Origin: Felis catus
Taxonomy: Eukaryota
DNA: 60,000 nt
Direction: 5' to 3'
Assembly (NCBI RefSeq): GCF_018350175.1
Contig: NC_058368.1
Span: 80,726,001-80,786,000 of the forward strand
The notes beneath the pieces are model-generated. The model did not search any database and was not told where the DNA came from. It saw only the letters and a program-made list of their open reading frames with translations. Shown piece after piece: positions 37,211 to 50,270 of the stretch (positions are counted from its first letter, which is position 1; every line of letters begins with the position of its first letter). Both the position numbers and the translations under genes were made by a program.

Positions 37211-38390
37211 GGGGACAGCATATGGGGGAAATGTCCACCTGCCCCCCGGCCTCCTGAATAGCCTGTGCTTCTTGTCCCAAAGCCATGTGTGTTCATCATA
37301 TGGGAACAGGTCTGCCCCGAACCCCTAGGCAGGTCCAGCCAGGTGTTTGCTCACAGAGGGGAGGCTGCTGGTGGTGTGAGTGGTGGGGGGGGGGTCACTT
37401 AGTGCCATCCTTTGGGTGGTTTGGATGCATTTTCCAGGGGGAAGGAGCACAAGGGCAGGTCCGGGGCACGTTTGCGGTGTGGGTCTCCCTTCAGGATGTA
37501 CACAGGTGCTGGGTCCGACGGCCGTGCGTTGTCCCAAGTACCGCCTGAAGGCTCGGGAGACAGAGCTCCCGTCACCGGAACCACATCACTGGGCCCGTTC
37601 GGGATGTGCTTGTCGAAATCCAGAAGAAGGATTTGAAATAGAAATCTCCTAAGGGAGGTTCTTTACACTTTGGGTTGAGTGTGGCTCATTTCTTCCTGCT
37701 GCATATGCGGTCCTGTCTGGACCCCAGCTTCCAGATGTGCACTTATTTCAGGAGCCTGTGAGTCAGCTGCAAGGGGCCAGCTTCTCTCTCTCGGGGGTAA
37801 GAGAGGAGAATGGAGAAGAAGCAGGTACTCAGTCAAATCACAGAGTCACAGCGTCAAGGCAGAGTTTTGAAAGATAGAGATAAAACTGGACAATGAATAA
37901 AAAATTGGAAGTGATTTTATCCTGGTGTAATTTTGAGATGTGCCGCTCAGACAGCAGATGAGTAACAAGTTTAAGGACAGAGTCACGTGCCTCACAAATG
38001 TCTCGTGACTGTTGAGTGCCTCGTATCGCGTCCTCCAAGGCAGCCCGGCTGCTCGGAGGACACGGTGAGATGTGTCATGGGGGCTCGATTTGCACGGAGG
38101 GCTGAAACGTCAGGACAAAAGTGTAAGACATTTTGAGCCTCCTGATGACCTGATCGGACTTTTAGGAGCCCAGGTTATATGGTTCCTGATTTCAGACGGT
38201 TGAGGAACTACTGATGGAATAAAAGGTTTTCTTTGTTGATCAATGCTTCTGCTCCTTCGCTTCCGGATGCTGAAAGGCAGGTGACAGTTCTCAGCCACCT
38301 GGGATCTGGGCCGGGACGGGGAGACCACCTCAGGGGGACCGAAAGAAGTTCTGAATTGTCTGAAAATGTAAGTGAAACCTCCTGGTTTTA

Positions 38391-38605
38391 TTTTTATTTT
38401 TAATGTTTGTGTATTTTTGAGACAGAGGGAGACAGAGCATGAGTGGGGGAGGGGCAGAGAGAGAGGGAGACACAGGATCGGAAGCATGCTCCAGGGTCCA
38501 AGCTGTCAGCACAGAGCCCGACGTGGGGCTTGAACCCACGAACCGTGAGCTCATGACCTGAGCCGAAGTCGGAGGCTCAACGGACTGAGCCACCCAGGTG
38601 CCCTC
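38391..38605 (-). mobile_element. Felid CAN-SINE with 16 bp TSD (1 mismatch)
   Basis: aaacctcctggtttta at 38375-38390 and aaacctcgtggtttta at 38606-38621. Confidence 0.96.
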
Positions 38606-38777
38606 AAACCTCGTGGTTTTAAAGATCGCTTTGTTTTCTTTTTTTTAACATAAACAAATTGGTAACATTTGCATTCATGCTCATGTTCCCTAATTTTGTT
38701 AATTGTGCCACATTCAGAGTTTTAGCTTTCTTAGATGGCTAGTCTGTCTGTACTGTCTGAAGACATTTCATGCTAAT

Positions 38778-38870
38778 AGTTTTATTGAGCAGCTATTATG
38801 TGCCAGGCTCTGTAAATCCAGAGACAAGTGAGTGGGGCTCCTGGTCCTCCAGGAGCTCATATTTAACCAG
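38778..38870 (-). mobile_element. L2 3' end fragment
   Basis: tttattgagcagctattatgtgccaggctctgt...gtcctccaggagctcata is the typical L2 3' end. Confidence 0.7.
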
Positions 38871-39789
38871 GAGGCTCTGATCTACCTACAGGCAAGTCAC
38901 AAGTCCCGCGGGGCAGAACTTTCTGGCTCTGTGGACACCACAACGGCTTGCAGGAAGGCTCCCTTTCCTTTTTGGCTTTCCCTGTGTACTTATTGTGAAC
39001 GTAAAGTCATGATGAGAGGGGTGTGCTTCTCACCTATTTTGTGCATTGCTGCGTCCCCTCAAGTTAAGATGTCTTAAAGGCCAAGCAGGACCTTGCTTCG
39101 TAAGCCCGCACCACACACACTGAGGTAGCTGAGATGCCACCTGGCTGCAGGTCGGCCACCACTGGGGGGGGCGGTCGCCACCGCCAGGTGAGGGACGAGC
39201 AGCTGCTCTCTGGGGGGAGGCTGGTTTCAAGCCCCCACAGCTTATCTGTCGGGTGTGGTGGTTTCGTTCAATCTTGGTCAACTTCTCTAAGTCGGGTGGC
39301 TCTTACCCGCTCAACTGATAGCAGTGCTTTTCTAGCTTGAGGAGGATTCGGGGCCGCGGGGGGCGGTGCGTTAGAAAGCAGGTTTTTAGGGCCTCACAAC
39401 CAGGCGGACCCAGAGACTTCTGCTTCTCATAAACTCCCCAGGTGATTGTGACATGAGCAAGGCCCATGTTTGGAACACTTGCCCCTCTGTTTGGCGGGCG
39501 CCCAGCGACACCTGCAGCCTGGTGTCCCCGCCCCCTGCTTCCCCAGGCCTACCTGCCACCTGGGAACTGCTGTCCCTCCTGACTTGGTGCTGCCTCCTCC
39601 ACCAGCCTCGCGGGTCAGCTTTCCCTGGGACGCAGGCTCATGTTCCCCACGGATTAAGCCACGTGTGGGCTCTTTCTGCGACCTTCCCGTCAGCTCCTGC
39701 CCTGTGCCTCACAGATGCCAGGTGATAGGCAGTAGGTGTTCACTCGTGTTTACTGGTTGATGGAGCCACATCTCCATTCCACTCTTTGC

Positions 39790-40130
39790 TTCTGCCTAAG
39801 CGTGGGCCGCCATAATACCACAGGCAGGGCAGCTGACGTAATGGACTTTAATGCTCATGGTTCTGGAGGCTGGAAGTCCGAGACCAAGGCGCCAGCAAGG
39901 CTGGTGTCTAGTGAGAGCCCTACTTGTGGCCTGCGCACAGCCTTTCCTTGGTGCGGAGAGAGGTGCTCTTCTTTGTGGAAGGCTGCTAATCCTGTGAGAT
40001 GAGGACTCCACCCTTAGGACTTCTTTTGACCTCCATTGCCCCTGGAAGTCCGTGTCTCCACGAAGAGTCATGCTGCTGGTTAGGGCTTCAATGTGTGCTT
40101 TACGGGAGGCCACAGTACTGTCCACAAGGG
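39790..40130 (-). mobile_element. MaLR LTR (MLT1A/B-like)
   Basis: Segments ctcatggttctggaggctggaagtccgagaccaaggcgccagcaagg, gactccaccctta and gttagggcttcaa. Confidence 0.75.
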
Positions 40131-40169
40131 CGTTCTGGGCACAACTGCAGGTGCCATGAGTCCGAAAAA

Positions 40170-40985
40170 GAGGTTGATTCTCATTGTTCCCACTCCTGTA
40201 TCTGTGAATTCTCCTGCTTACTAAAATTTATTTGTAACCCCAAGTTTTTCACAGTGCGTCAAAAAATTTGAGTCGAGCGCTGTGCCCATTCCTGGCCAAG
40301 GTAGAACAATACAGTACCCCTACTCCTTGTTTCGTCCTTCTGCTTTTTTTTTTTAATTTTTATTTATGTTCGAGAGACAAAGTGCACGAGCTGGGGAGGG
40401 TCAGAGAGAGAAGGAGACACAGAATCCGAAGCAGGCTCCAGGCTCCGAGCTGTCAGCGCAGAGCCCGACGCAGGGCTGGAACTCACGAATCGTGAGATCA
40501 TGACCTGAGCTGACGTCAGACGCTCAACCGACTGAACCACCCAGGCGCCCCGGTCCTTGTGCTTTAAAAACACATCCTTTTTATGGGCTTAGTGCCACGT
40601 TTTCAGCCTTTTGCGCTTTTTTGGTGTGGTTTTGCTGTTTTAAGCGGGCCCCACGCATAGTGCTGAAGCACTGCCTGGTGCTCCTAAGTACAAAGTGGTG
40701 ATGAGCCTCATGGAGAAAATGTGCGGGTCAGAGAAGCCTCGTTCAGCTCTAAGTTATGTGCTGTTGGCCATGAGTTCAATGTTAACAAAACAATATACAT
40801 TAAAGCATCTTTAGACGGAAACACACATAAAACAAAATTACCGATTGATCGGTTGGTTGAAAATGTCATAACCAGAGGCTTGTAGGCACCTACCCCTGCG
40901 TTTCCCCTGAGAACAATGGCTCGGTGTTTGCTAATTCAGTGTTCATGGTGACTTTATAAAACATCACTGCCATAAGTATTTGAAG
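40170..40985 (+). mobile_element. MER82 (TcMar-Tigger) non-autonomous DNA transposon, interrupted by a SINE
   Basis: Starts gttgattctcattg...actaaaatttatttgtaaccccaa. Internal catagtgctgaag, tgagttcaatgttaa and gaaacacacataaaacaa. Ends gctaattcagtgttcatggtgactttata. Confidence 0.8.
40347..40551 (-). mobile_element. Felid CAN-SINE inside MER82
   Basis: Full body ending ccaggcgcccc. Imperfect TSD gtccttctgcttt / gtccttgtgcttt. Confidence 0.95.
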
Positions 40986-43837
40986 GATACTCAAATGTGG
41001 AATGGTCTGTATTTTATGAATTGAACAGGCAGTTTCCAGAATGCTGAGAAGCCCTCAGAAGTAAGAGACGTGCTTTAGTTGGCTTATTGTTATCTACCCA
41101 ATGCCGAATGCTTAACTGTAAGCATGTGAATGCTTGGGGGGGAGTTTGGCTTTTTAAATATCAGCTTTGACATTGTCAACATGTGGTGTTGGTGGTTACA
41201 AGACGGTGGGTCTGCTCCGGAGCAAAGAGGGATCACATCGTTGGAAATGACCTATTACGACCGGACATCTTCTTGTTTCCTACTAAACAGTGACACTCCG
41301 ATTGCCTGACTGACAGAAATGCCAGGAAACACCAGCATTTGACATTTGAATTTGACAGCCTTTACGAAGTGTAATGGCCAACCAAAGTAGCTTCACCGAT
41401 CTTTGGTCTGTTTGTTTTCAAGTATAAATACTGCTTTCCTACTGAAACCTTGAAGATGACGCATTCTTCACTTATAAATCCCAGTGGTGCCATTTGGTAA
41501 GCTAGGAGAGGCATTGCCCCACTAATAAGGAGATTTTTAAGGGCATCCTCCCGGAAGTCTTGGTTGGTCCCATCTTGCCCGAGGCATCTACGTGAGCAGG
41601 CCATTGGCGGGGGCACCTGGAAAGCCAAGTTATTACAACGTAGACCCTATTTGCATAATATCAAGTGCGGGTTTCTTTGGCAACCCTGCTAGCTTACCCA
41701 TTCTTGCTCAAATATTAATGACAAGAGAAGTGCCATGCATGCGGGGAAAGCCATTTTAGCGACGGCCACCTGTATCATTTAAACATTTACCCCCAAGCTG
41801 GTTTTGTGAGCAATCCAGTCGTTGCAAACTTACGGCTCCCTTGGGCAAATGACAACGAACAAGCCACAGGCACGCAGCCTCAGGGCGGGTCCGGGACAGC
41901 CGGTGCAGGTGCAAGGCTAGCTGGGCCAGCATCCGGGACACCGGGCCATTGTTTGCAGCTGTGGGTTTTCCCACTTCCAATGGAAGGATATTCCAGCGTG
42001 GGGGAAGATTCTCCTCTGTGGAGCCCGTGTCAAGCCTGGCCCGCGTGACAACGGCGAGCCAAGCCCGACCACGGGCACCCGATAGCCCTCAGATGTGGCT
42101 GCGAGAGGTGTTGGCTCCTGCGTGAACTTTGTCCCTGGGTGTGTGTTTTGGAGCTTGCCCGGGTGACATTCAGCCTCTACATTCATTTTTATGATAATTC
42201 CGAGTAAATTGTAGAGCAGTAAGCTCTTCAAGCCTGTCTTTCTTGTGAAAGCCGCGAATCAATCAGCTGTGGGCTTTTTTGGGGGCTTTTCAATGTATAG
42301 TGATCATTTAGATTTGACGTGCATTGTGAGACCCTAGCTTGCGCCCTCCCTCCGGTCTGTCATTAATTCCAGCCCTCGCTATTCTGAAGTACAGTGAAGG
42401 ATGGCGGAGAAATCATTGCCCTCTTCAGCTCTGTTATTGCACAAAATAGCAGCGCAATAATTTTTTGTCAATGTTTTACTCTAAAAGCTTTCTACGTCAG
42501 TTTTGAAAAGGAAGCAATAAAGCCCATTCAATGGTATGAATAAAAATCCTTTGAGGGTTAGGGCAGGGCTTCTTTTCTTCAGCTGGTAATCAAATTGGAG
42601 CTAAAATGAAATTGAGTTTTCTTATGAAAATAGCCTTTGTTGCTGGGAAGGCTGGTAATTCATAAACAATAACCCGCTCTTTTGTGTGGGTAATAATATA
42701 TTCATGTTCTTTCAATAGGGTAAAAGCCAGACCTAGTGCATTATGGTACAGTAAAAATAGCTGAAGGGGCTGGCTGGAATGATCTTGAAGAAGAAACGTG
42801 GCGTTCGGTGACTTTGGCTTTCAGCATCCCTCTGAAATGGGACTTTGCCTGGATCTGTGCTCTGGTTTTCGTTGTTGATTTGTCGCTGCCCTACGATATT
42901 TGGTTAATTGCGGATGGTCTCAAGCTGTGCTCGTCACTGCCACGGCCGCCGCGGCTGCCGGAGCCCCAGCCGGCTGCCACAGGACGTTGTCATTCACAGG
43001 AGCAGGCTCTCGGCGCCCACGAGGACAGGAGCGTCCCGGAGCCCTGGACCCGACAGGCAGCTGCACGCAGGGCACAGGAGGTAGGCTGCTGGGTGTCCCC
43101 TGCAGGAGGAGGGGGTGTCCTTGGTCGATGGGGAGAGGGGTGAGGTGGTGGGGGCACAGCCTGCTGTGCTTTTTCTGCTAAGTGGTCGGGGGTCCGCAGG
43201 GGGAGAGCGTCTGGTCGTCTGAATTGTGGTGACTTCCAACCGGATCACAGGTGGAGCCCACAGGCGGCTCTGCCCTCCAGCCGGTGCAGGACCCTTTTGA
43301 GGGGGCGTGTGTGTGGGGCCACCGGGCCGTCCTCTAGGACCTGGTGGCACCTGGGTGCAGGGTACTGTGTGACCCATAGGTGGAAAGACTGTCCTGCTGA
43401 GACGTATGTGCGCTGACCTGAGCTTGGAAGCTGCCTGTGCAGGAGTGATGCCGTTGGGAGTCAGATGGGGCTGGAACTGCCACTACGGATGTTTCGCCGA
43501 CTGTTGCTACTTGGGCAACAGTGACTTTTGTTCTCTCTCTCAAGTTGGTAAAAAGTTATGTTTTGGCAATCGCAAAAATGTGTGGCAGCTCTACCTTCGG
43601 GTTGGATTGTGAAAATAGCCGTGGTGTTCCTGGACCCAGATGGAGGGGCCAGGGCCACTGAGATAAAGGTCACTTTGCGTTGGATCGGACACAGAGTTGA
43701 AAGAATGAAGCTCTAATCTGTCTAGGTTATTGAGATTGCAAACATAGAAAGAAGGTTCTGATAGAATGCTCTAGCTGTTTAGGAATCAGTTTTGGTTGCC
43801 TTTGAAGTTCCATTTTCTTGGCTCTGAACATCATTCA

Positions 43838-43912
43838 ATGGAAAAGAAAGGAAGGAAGCAAGGAAGGAAGGAAAGAAAGGAAGCAAGAAGGGGGGCGGTG
43901 GAGAAAGGAAAA
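43838..43912. repeat. (GGAA/GAAA)n purine-rich tract
   Basis: gaaaagaaaggaaggaagcaaggaaggaaggaaagaaaggaagcaagaag. Confidence 0.8.
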
Positions 43913-46900
43913 CCCTTTTGCCTGCTGAGAAATGTAGAGGATGGCGTGGGCAGTGTTAGCACCGGTCGGAAGAATGTCATTCCTGCTGGATTTTGATTGT
44001 TTGGCGGACTCGGTCCTTTCATCGTCACTGGTAGTCTCACTCAGGGGTACCTTTTTTGTAAAGGTCCCACGGAATAATGTGCTCTCCTGGCTTACGCTCA
44101 GGGCTTTGCAAAACCTGTCCTCGGTTCAGAATTGGAGAATGAACTTGAGATGAAGACCAGAGTGTGCAATTTTAAACCAGCGAACTTGGACAGTTTCAGA
44201 GACGCTGAATCCGTTGACGGCTTGCCCCCGTCCCCCCCCCCCCCACCGTGGACCTGAGAAAGCAGGGGTGAGGGGGTAGCAGCAGTGTTTACCTGCACCC
44301 AGATGTGGCAGGGGTGTGTGCGGGGCCGATGCTGGCCAGCAGGTATTTCTGTGTGTTGTTTTGGAATTTTAACAATGAAATTGCGTGCTTCACAAAAGAA
44401 CTTTTAAGGCACAGTGGAAGCTGACAGTTGTGGTATTATATGTCATTATCCAATTAGTTGACACCAGTGTATGTTTTTATGCTTTACTTAACACACCTCT
44501 GTGTGTTTTCAATGCCAACCAATGTTACTTCCACTGAAGTCTTTCAGAACCAGGATTCTAATTGTATATATTTTACTCTGCTGCAGTTAGTCTGTGCTTT
44601 CAATATCGCGAGCACCTCAAATTCCGATTTTAAAATCTATTTCATATTCATTTTCAGGTGAAAAATAAAAGCCAGGATTCTGTTGGCTTTCATTATGTAC
44701 TTTGTCAGAAAAGCCCCCCGACAAGTTCTTCCTTTTCCTGCTGACAGAGCTGCATTGCTGGAGGCTTTATTCTTATGCTAAGGTTGAATCAACGTGAAAG
44801 AAAAGATTGCTAATTGTCAGAGAATTAGCTTTTCAACTTCCTGTAAAGGAAATGGTAAACAAAGTTCTGGAGAGTTTTCACTGTGGAGGAAACGATGGGG
44901 AAATAGACTTCGTTCGCTGTGGAAACCATGGGCAGGTATCACAGCACACTTCCAACCAGAAAATTGTAATTTTCTGTAGCTATTTGGTGGTCTCAATGAA
45001 AAGTTCTCCTTTTAATACTTCCTGTTTTAAGGTGCAGTGGCTTTGCCTCTTGGCACCTGCGATGCGTAGGGCAAAGAGAGGGAGGAGCACAGGGTTCTGT
45101 TGGGTGGGTGGCACTGGGCGATCCCGGGAGCGCCAGCCCAGGGGGGGACAGGTGATTGGAAAGAAGAAGGTGGGTGCTTGGGACTCTGGTCTTGTGCCTG
45201 GTTTTCCTCTCTAGTTACTGAAAAAAAGATAAAAGCAAGCTGCACTTACCGTCCCCTACTTTAGACGGCCAACTGCCTTTTCTCCTGCACGTCACTCAGC
45301 AGTGGGGCCATGTCACGGCCTAGGGGGTTACAGGCGAGGCATGCACGTGCACTACTGGTCACAAGCGGCCCTCTGTCCGGCGCAGAGCATGGCAGGCATT
45401 TAGGAGCGGGGGGGCCTGCCACCCAAGCAGCCTTCAGGCTGGAACCCAAGACTGGGTGTTGTATGGGAGGCAAGTCTCCTGCCGCCCAGATCGTCTACTG
45501 AGTGTCCCGAGGCAGACAGGAGGACGGAGCGGCACCCTCCCCTCTCCACCAACCCCCCACAGGCAGACTCTGTGCGCCCTCGTGTCCTCCCTACCCGCAA
45601 TGGGCGGCCACCTCCTTGCAAGAGGAGTTGCTCTTTTCTTTCTGAAGACTTGGGGAGGGAGGGTGGGCAGGCAAGGGTGGGATGCCAGGGGCTCGGGGCC
45701 TCTGGTGGGTGGTGGGGTGGACACCAGGACCAGGTGGGGTCTGGGGAGCAGGTGCAGGGTGATCCAGGTGAAGCACTCCTCCAGAACCTACCGCTGTGCA
45801 TCATGGTGGCCACAGGATGGGCAGGCGTGAGCTCCAGCCGGGGGGCCTCTTCCGCTGGTCCCGCAGGGAGCCCACACTGTCTGGGTCCTGTGGAGTCAGG
45901 GAGACAGACCCACCTGGGAGCCCGGCAGGTGCACTGTGGCAGGTGCCCCAGGCGGTAAGGGCTGGCCAGGGCCCTGCTCCTGAGGCTTCCGGCAGATGGG
46001 TCATGACTGGCTTAGTGTCCTCTAATGGTTTAACTGTAACATGGACTATGAAGGTGAAGGAGGGGGAAATAAAGAAAAAGGGGTAAAAATCCACACAGGA
46101 AAACACTGAAATATTCCATTGTGACTCTTCTGGCCTTACTCATATGGCAGACACAAGGTGAACCAGACCCTTTGGGTTAGAAGGCAAAGAGCAGGAATAT
46201 ATGCTAAGACGAATGTCAGTGAGGTCAAAGACTCTTCATTATTTCGTTTTCCAGAACCTCTATCCTCCCATTAAAGTCATTTCAATCTTTTCACCCTGAT
46301 TACCAAGTGATCTGTGGTTACCTTGGCTTGGCTAGGTTTTCTTCAAGACAGGGAAGTACATGAAGAACGTAACAGGGATGTTTGAATGCATATTTTTTAC
46401 TTTTTAGGGAATCAGAACATAGATTAAAACTACAGACTTTTTGATTATTAGAAAAAGTTTCGATATAAAAATTGGGTACAAAATAGGCAGTTTTTAAAAT
46501 AAAAGCACATGTCAACAACTGCAAAGGATGTTATGCAGATAATTATCTGTCAAAAATTGGCTCACTGTGTTTCTGTGTTTATTTCTGTTTTAACCTGCAC
46601 CACTTGACGGACTCGCCTGAAACTGGGGGTCAGGTTAAATGCTTTTCTACCGCTGTGTGCAAATCGAATCTCCAAAGTGCAGAGATCCAGTTCAAAGCCT
46701 GCCATGACTTTGACCACTTCCTTGGGCCCTGAGCCGCTGAAATTAAGAGTTTATTTACAGAAGGTTGCTTCCTGCACCCGCCAACCCGTAAGGTTTGCGA
46801 ATCTCACCTTATTTTGTATTTCACCCCAGGCACACATTTCATAAATCTAATGGCTGAATCTTCCTTCAACTGTTTCTGAAAAATTACAGGTTACTGGAAC

Positions 46901-47949
46901 ACAAGCCGGAAAACACACAATTATAAATTATACCTCAGTTTTACTTTTGTATCTGGGATGTTTTATCTTAAAAAGTGAAAAAAAAAATTATGCTAGCATT
47001 CTTAGGGAGGTAATGGAGGTATTTTGATATTCTCAAAATATCATTTCTTTGTGTGTGTGTCATGTCTTTTCTTTTTGAAAGGTTAAAATGATGTTTTAGG
47101 ATGTAATTGTGACATTGAAATTCCTGATCCCTAGGAGAAAGGATTTCGTTGTAGGACAGCTATCATTCTAGAAATAGTGTGTATTTCCAACACGGAAAAT
47201 ATCTGTTTCCTACATCCTGGTTCTGAATACCCTTTAGAGTTGATGTCTTGTCTCAATATCAGACACAAACCAAGCAAAACATGTGGGCTCCCCCTCTTAC
47301 CTGGACTCAAGCCTCCATGATAACCCAAGGGCCTAAATGTCGAATTCCACCTTCCGGGACTTGGCACAGGCTATGTCTGTGCCCATAGGCAGCTGCCTCC
47401 GAATCCCTCACTGGGAAGATGAGTTTGGGAAATGGTCTGTGCAGGTCCAGGAAGGGGGCTTTTGTCCATGCGCACAGAGAATGCAGAGGTCCTGGCACCT
47501 CTTGTGTGGTATGGGGACGTAATCAGTGAGCATGTCTCCTTGGTTGGTTCGTCTCCTGTCCGTTGGGGTGGGGTGTGGTGGGGGGCAGAGCGGGAACCGC
47601 TCTCTGCCCCTGGTCTATGGACAGAGTAATCTGTGGTCTCTGGTTGTGCAATTTTCCAGAAAATGGTTCAGATTATAGAACCCATAGGCGGCATCTCTCC
47701 TGGGCAATGAGGTCTTAATATTATAGTGTATTTACTCAACTCTTGGCAAGTACTGTTATCATTAAAGGCTATTTGTCTTTAAAATGGTATTTGTTTCATT
47801 TAGCAGACAATTGGACTTTGTTCAAGCTTAACTAGATGCTGGAATTTGAGCATGAACGCTGCCCCTAGAGAGCGACATCCCTTCAGTTGGCAGCGGGGCT
47901 AACGGACAGGTGCACCTGGAGGCCAGCTGCCTGGGTCTCTCCACCTTCA

Positions 47950-48100
47950 CCTCTGAGCTCGGCTTCCCACATGTGTGCAATTGGGAGGGTAATAAGATCT
48001 AACTTACAGGGCCGTGCTAGGGGGGACATCAGAGGAGACCTGCAAAGTACTTGGCATCACAGCATGCAATAAGCTCTCAATAAATGTTGACCATTGTCAT
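47950..48100 (+). mobile_element. MIR fragment
   Basis: ctcggcttcccacatgtgtgcaattggg...aaagtacttggc...taagctctcaataaatgtt matches the MIR core and 3' end. Confidence 0.75.
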
Positions 48101-49360
48101 GGTTGTAGCTCACCGATTGTAGCATGACCTTTCTTACATTTTAATGTCTTTGAAATTGGGATATCTCTACTGTAATAGCTTAGGTTTGGTGAAGTGCGGT
48201 AATCAGTCGGACAGAGACTTCCACGATGAACGACTTCCTTAATCTGAGAAGGGAAGGATATATGAATTAGTTATTGTTGAAAGCCTGTCTTCTGGAATCC
48301 ATTTCCCTCAAATTCTCAGGTAAAGAGGAACCAGAGTTAATGCCGAGATTCACAATGGTCAGTCTTTAGAACTGAGACGTAGAACAAACAGCATCTTGAA
48401 GCATTAAGCCACACAATCGTCACCAGAACATTGGATGTTCAGAAAGACACAAATTGCTCTATTTTGAAAGGGACAAATCGTTTTGTCTTACATCCCAGGC
48501 ACAAACAGACTTTACAGAAAAGAAGATAATTGACTTGAAATCTTCCACCTTCTCTCAGAAGGAGGTCAGCTGTATTCTGATCTGGCTCAGAAGCATCTCC
48601 TTTCCCATTAGTGTTTTGTAAGAGGCCTTGTGTCCTGAGTCACTTCCAAACACACTGACAGCCCAGGCCACACCTGCGGGGCAGCCTTTCACGTGCACCT
48701 CATCTTGTGTGAGGGCTCCCCGAGTGCTAAATCCTTCAAAGCAGCACTCCCACGGCCCGCAGGCTCTTCCTCGGCGTGACCAGAAGTGCCGCGTTCACAC
48801 CTTACACGGCCCATCTGGTTTCTGCTCCTGCCCCCCTGGCACCGTCCGGGAACCTGGTTCCTTCCCTCGAAAGATCCAGGTTCTGTACTGATGAGGCTCC
48901 AAAAGATGGGTTTTGCAGAAAATGATGAATGGGTGCTCTGTGACCAGTACCTGAGAAAAGAGAACGGTGCCACCTTATTAATACTGGGGGAGATGACGTG
49001 GCCTGGGATGCTGGCCAGGCCACGTGGCTGCTCCTTGCTGGAGCCGTATCTGATGTGAAAGGCAGAGGCTGGGGACACCCAAGGCTCTCGGATGTTGGGA
49101 AGGTCGCCTGGAGGACGTGGGCAGACTGTTTACTTCTCCACCTCTTCCCTGCACCCCAGGTTGTCTGTGTGCTCTCCCGTTCTTTCTTATTTTCACATAC
49201 GTAGAAAGCTTTTGGGGTCACTTGGACAGGAAACCCTCAGAGGGGCACTTACGTTAATACTGATTGAGAAGGAGCAGTGGTCTCAGCAGGAGAAGGATTT
49301 TCACGCTGTCCCGACATACGCACATTTATCTTATAAATAACTCAGGTATTGCTGTTCTAA

Positions 49361-49584
49361 ATTAAAAACAAAAATTTTTTTTTAACATTTATTTATTTTT
49401 GAGAAGAGAGAGAGAGAGCATGAGCGGGGGAGAAGAGAGAAAGAGGGAGACATAGAATCCGAAGCAGGCTCCAGGCTCTGAGCTGTCAGCACAGAGCCTG
49501 ACATGGGTCTCGAACTCACAGACCGCGAGATCATGACCTGGGCCTAAGTCGGGCGCTTAACCGACTGAGCCACCCAGGCGCCCC
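49361..49584 (-). mobile_element. Felid CAN-SINE with perfect 17 bp TSD
   Basis: aggtattgctgttctaa at 49344-49360 and 49585-49601. Confidence 0.97.
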
Positions 49585-50049
49585 AGGTATTGCTGTTCTA
49601 ATGGACGGTGCACATTTAGACGACAGGGTCCTGGCAGGAAACAGCACGTTCAAAAGGGACAGGTGAGAGATTTTAGGAAAATAATTTTGTAGACAGAGGT
49701 GGGCAGTGCCCAGGGGCCTGAGGAGTGATGGGAAGGCACCCCCAGGGCTGGTGGCACTGAGGACCTGTGGGCCACGGGGTGGGGGGAGCAGTTGTGGACT
49801 GCCAGAAACTGTGGTCTTAATAAATTCTGGAATGTTCTAATTTTCTGTGAATGTCTCTCATGGGCAAGAACCAACAGCCACAGGAGAACCAGGTGGTGGA
49901 GGGTATGGCCAGCGGCTTCTCCAGGGGCCCAGACAGAGGGGAGAGGACACCCAGCATGGGGCTCATTAAAAACAACCCTCCAAAACAGGTAACAAAAGAC
50001 GAAGTGAATTCAAATAGAATAGATTTAGGGCTTAATAAACTGTGTCTGT

Positions 50050-50270
50050 GGGGCACCTGGGTGGCTCAGTCGGTTGAGCCTCCGACTTTGGCTCAGGTCA
50101 TGATCTCACGGTTTGTGGGTTCGAGCCCCACGTTGGGCTCTGTGCTGACAGCTCAGAGCCTGGAGCCTGCTTCGGATTCTGTCTCCCTCTCTCTCTGTTC
50201 CTTCCCTGCTCACGCTCTGTGTCTCTCTCTTTCAAAAATAAAGATTAAAAAAAAATTAAGAAAAGCAACA
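50050..50270 (+). mobile_element. Felid CAN-SINE
   Basis: ggggcacctgggtggctcagtcggttgagcctccgac... with A-tail. Imperfect TSD aactgtgtctg / aactgtgcctg. Confidence 0.96.
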
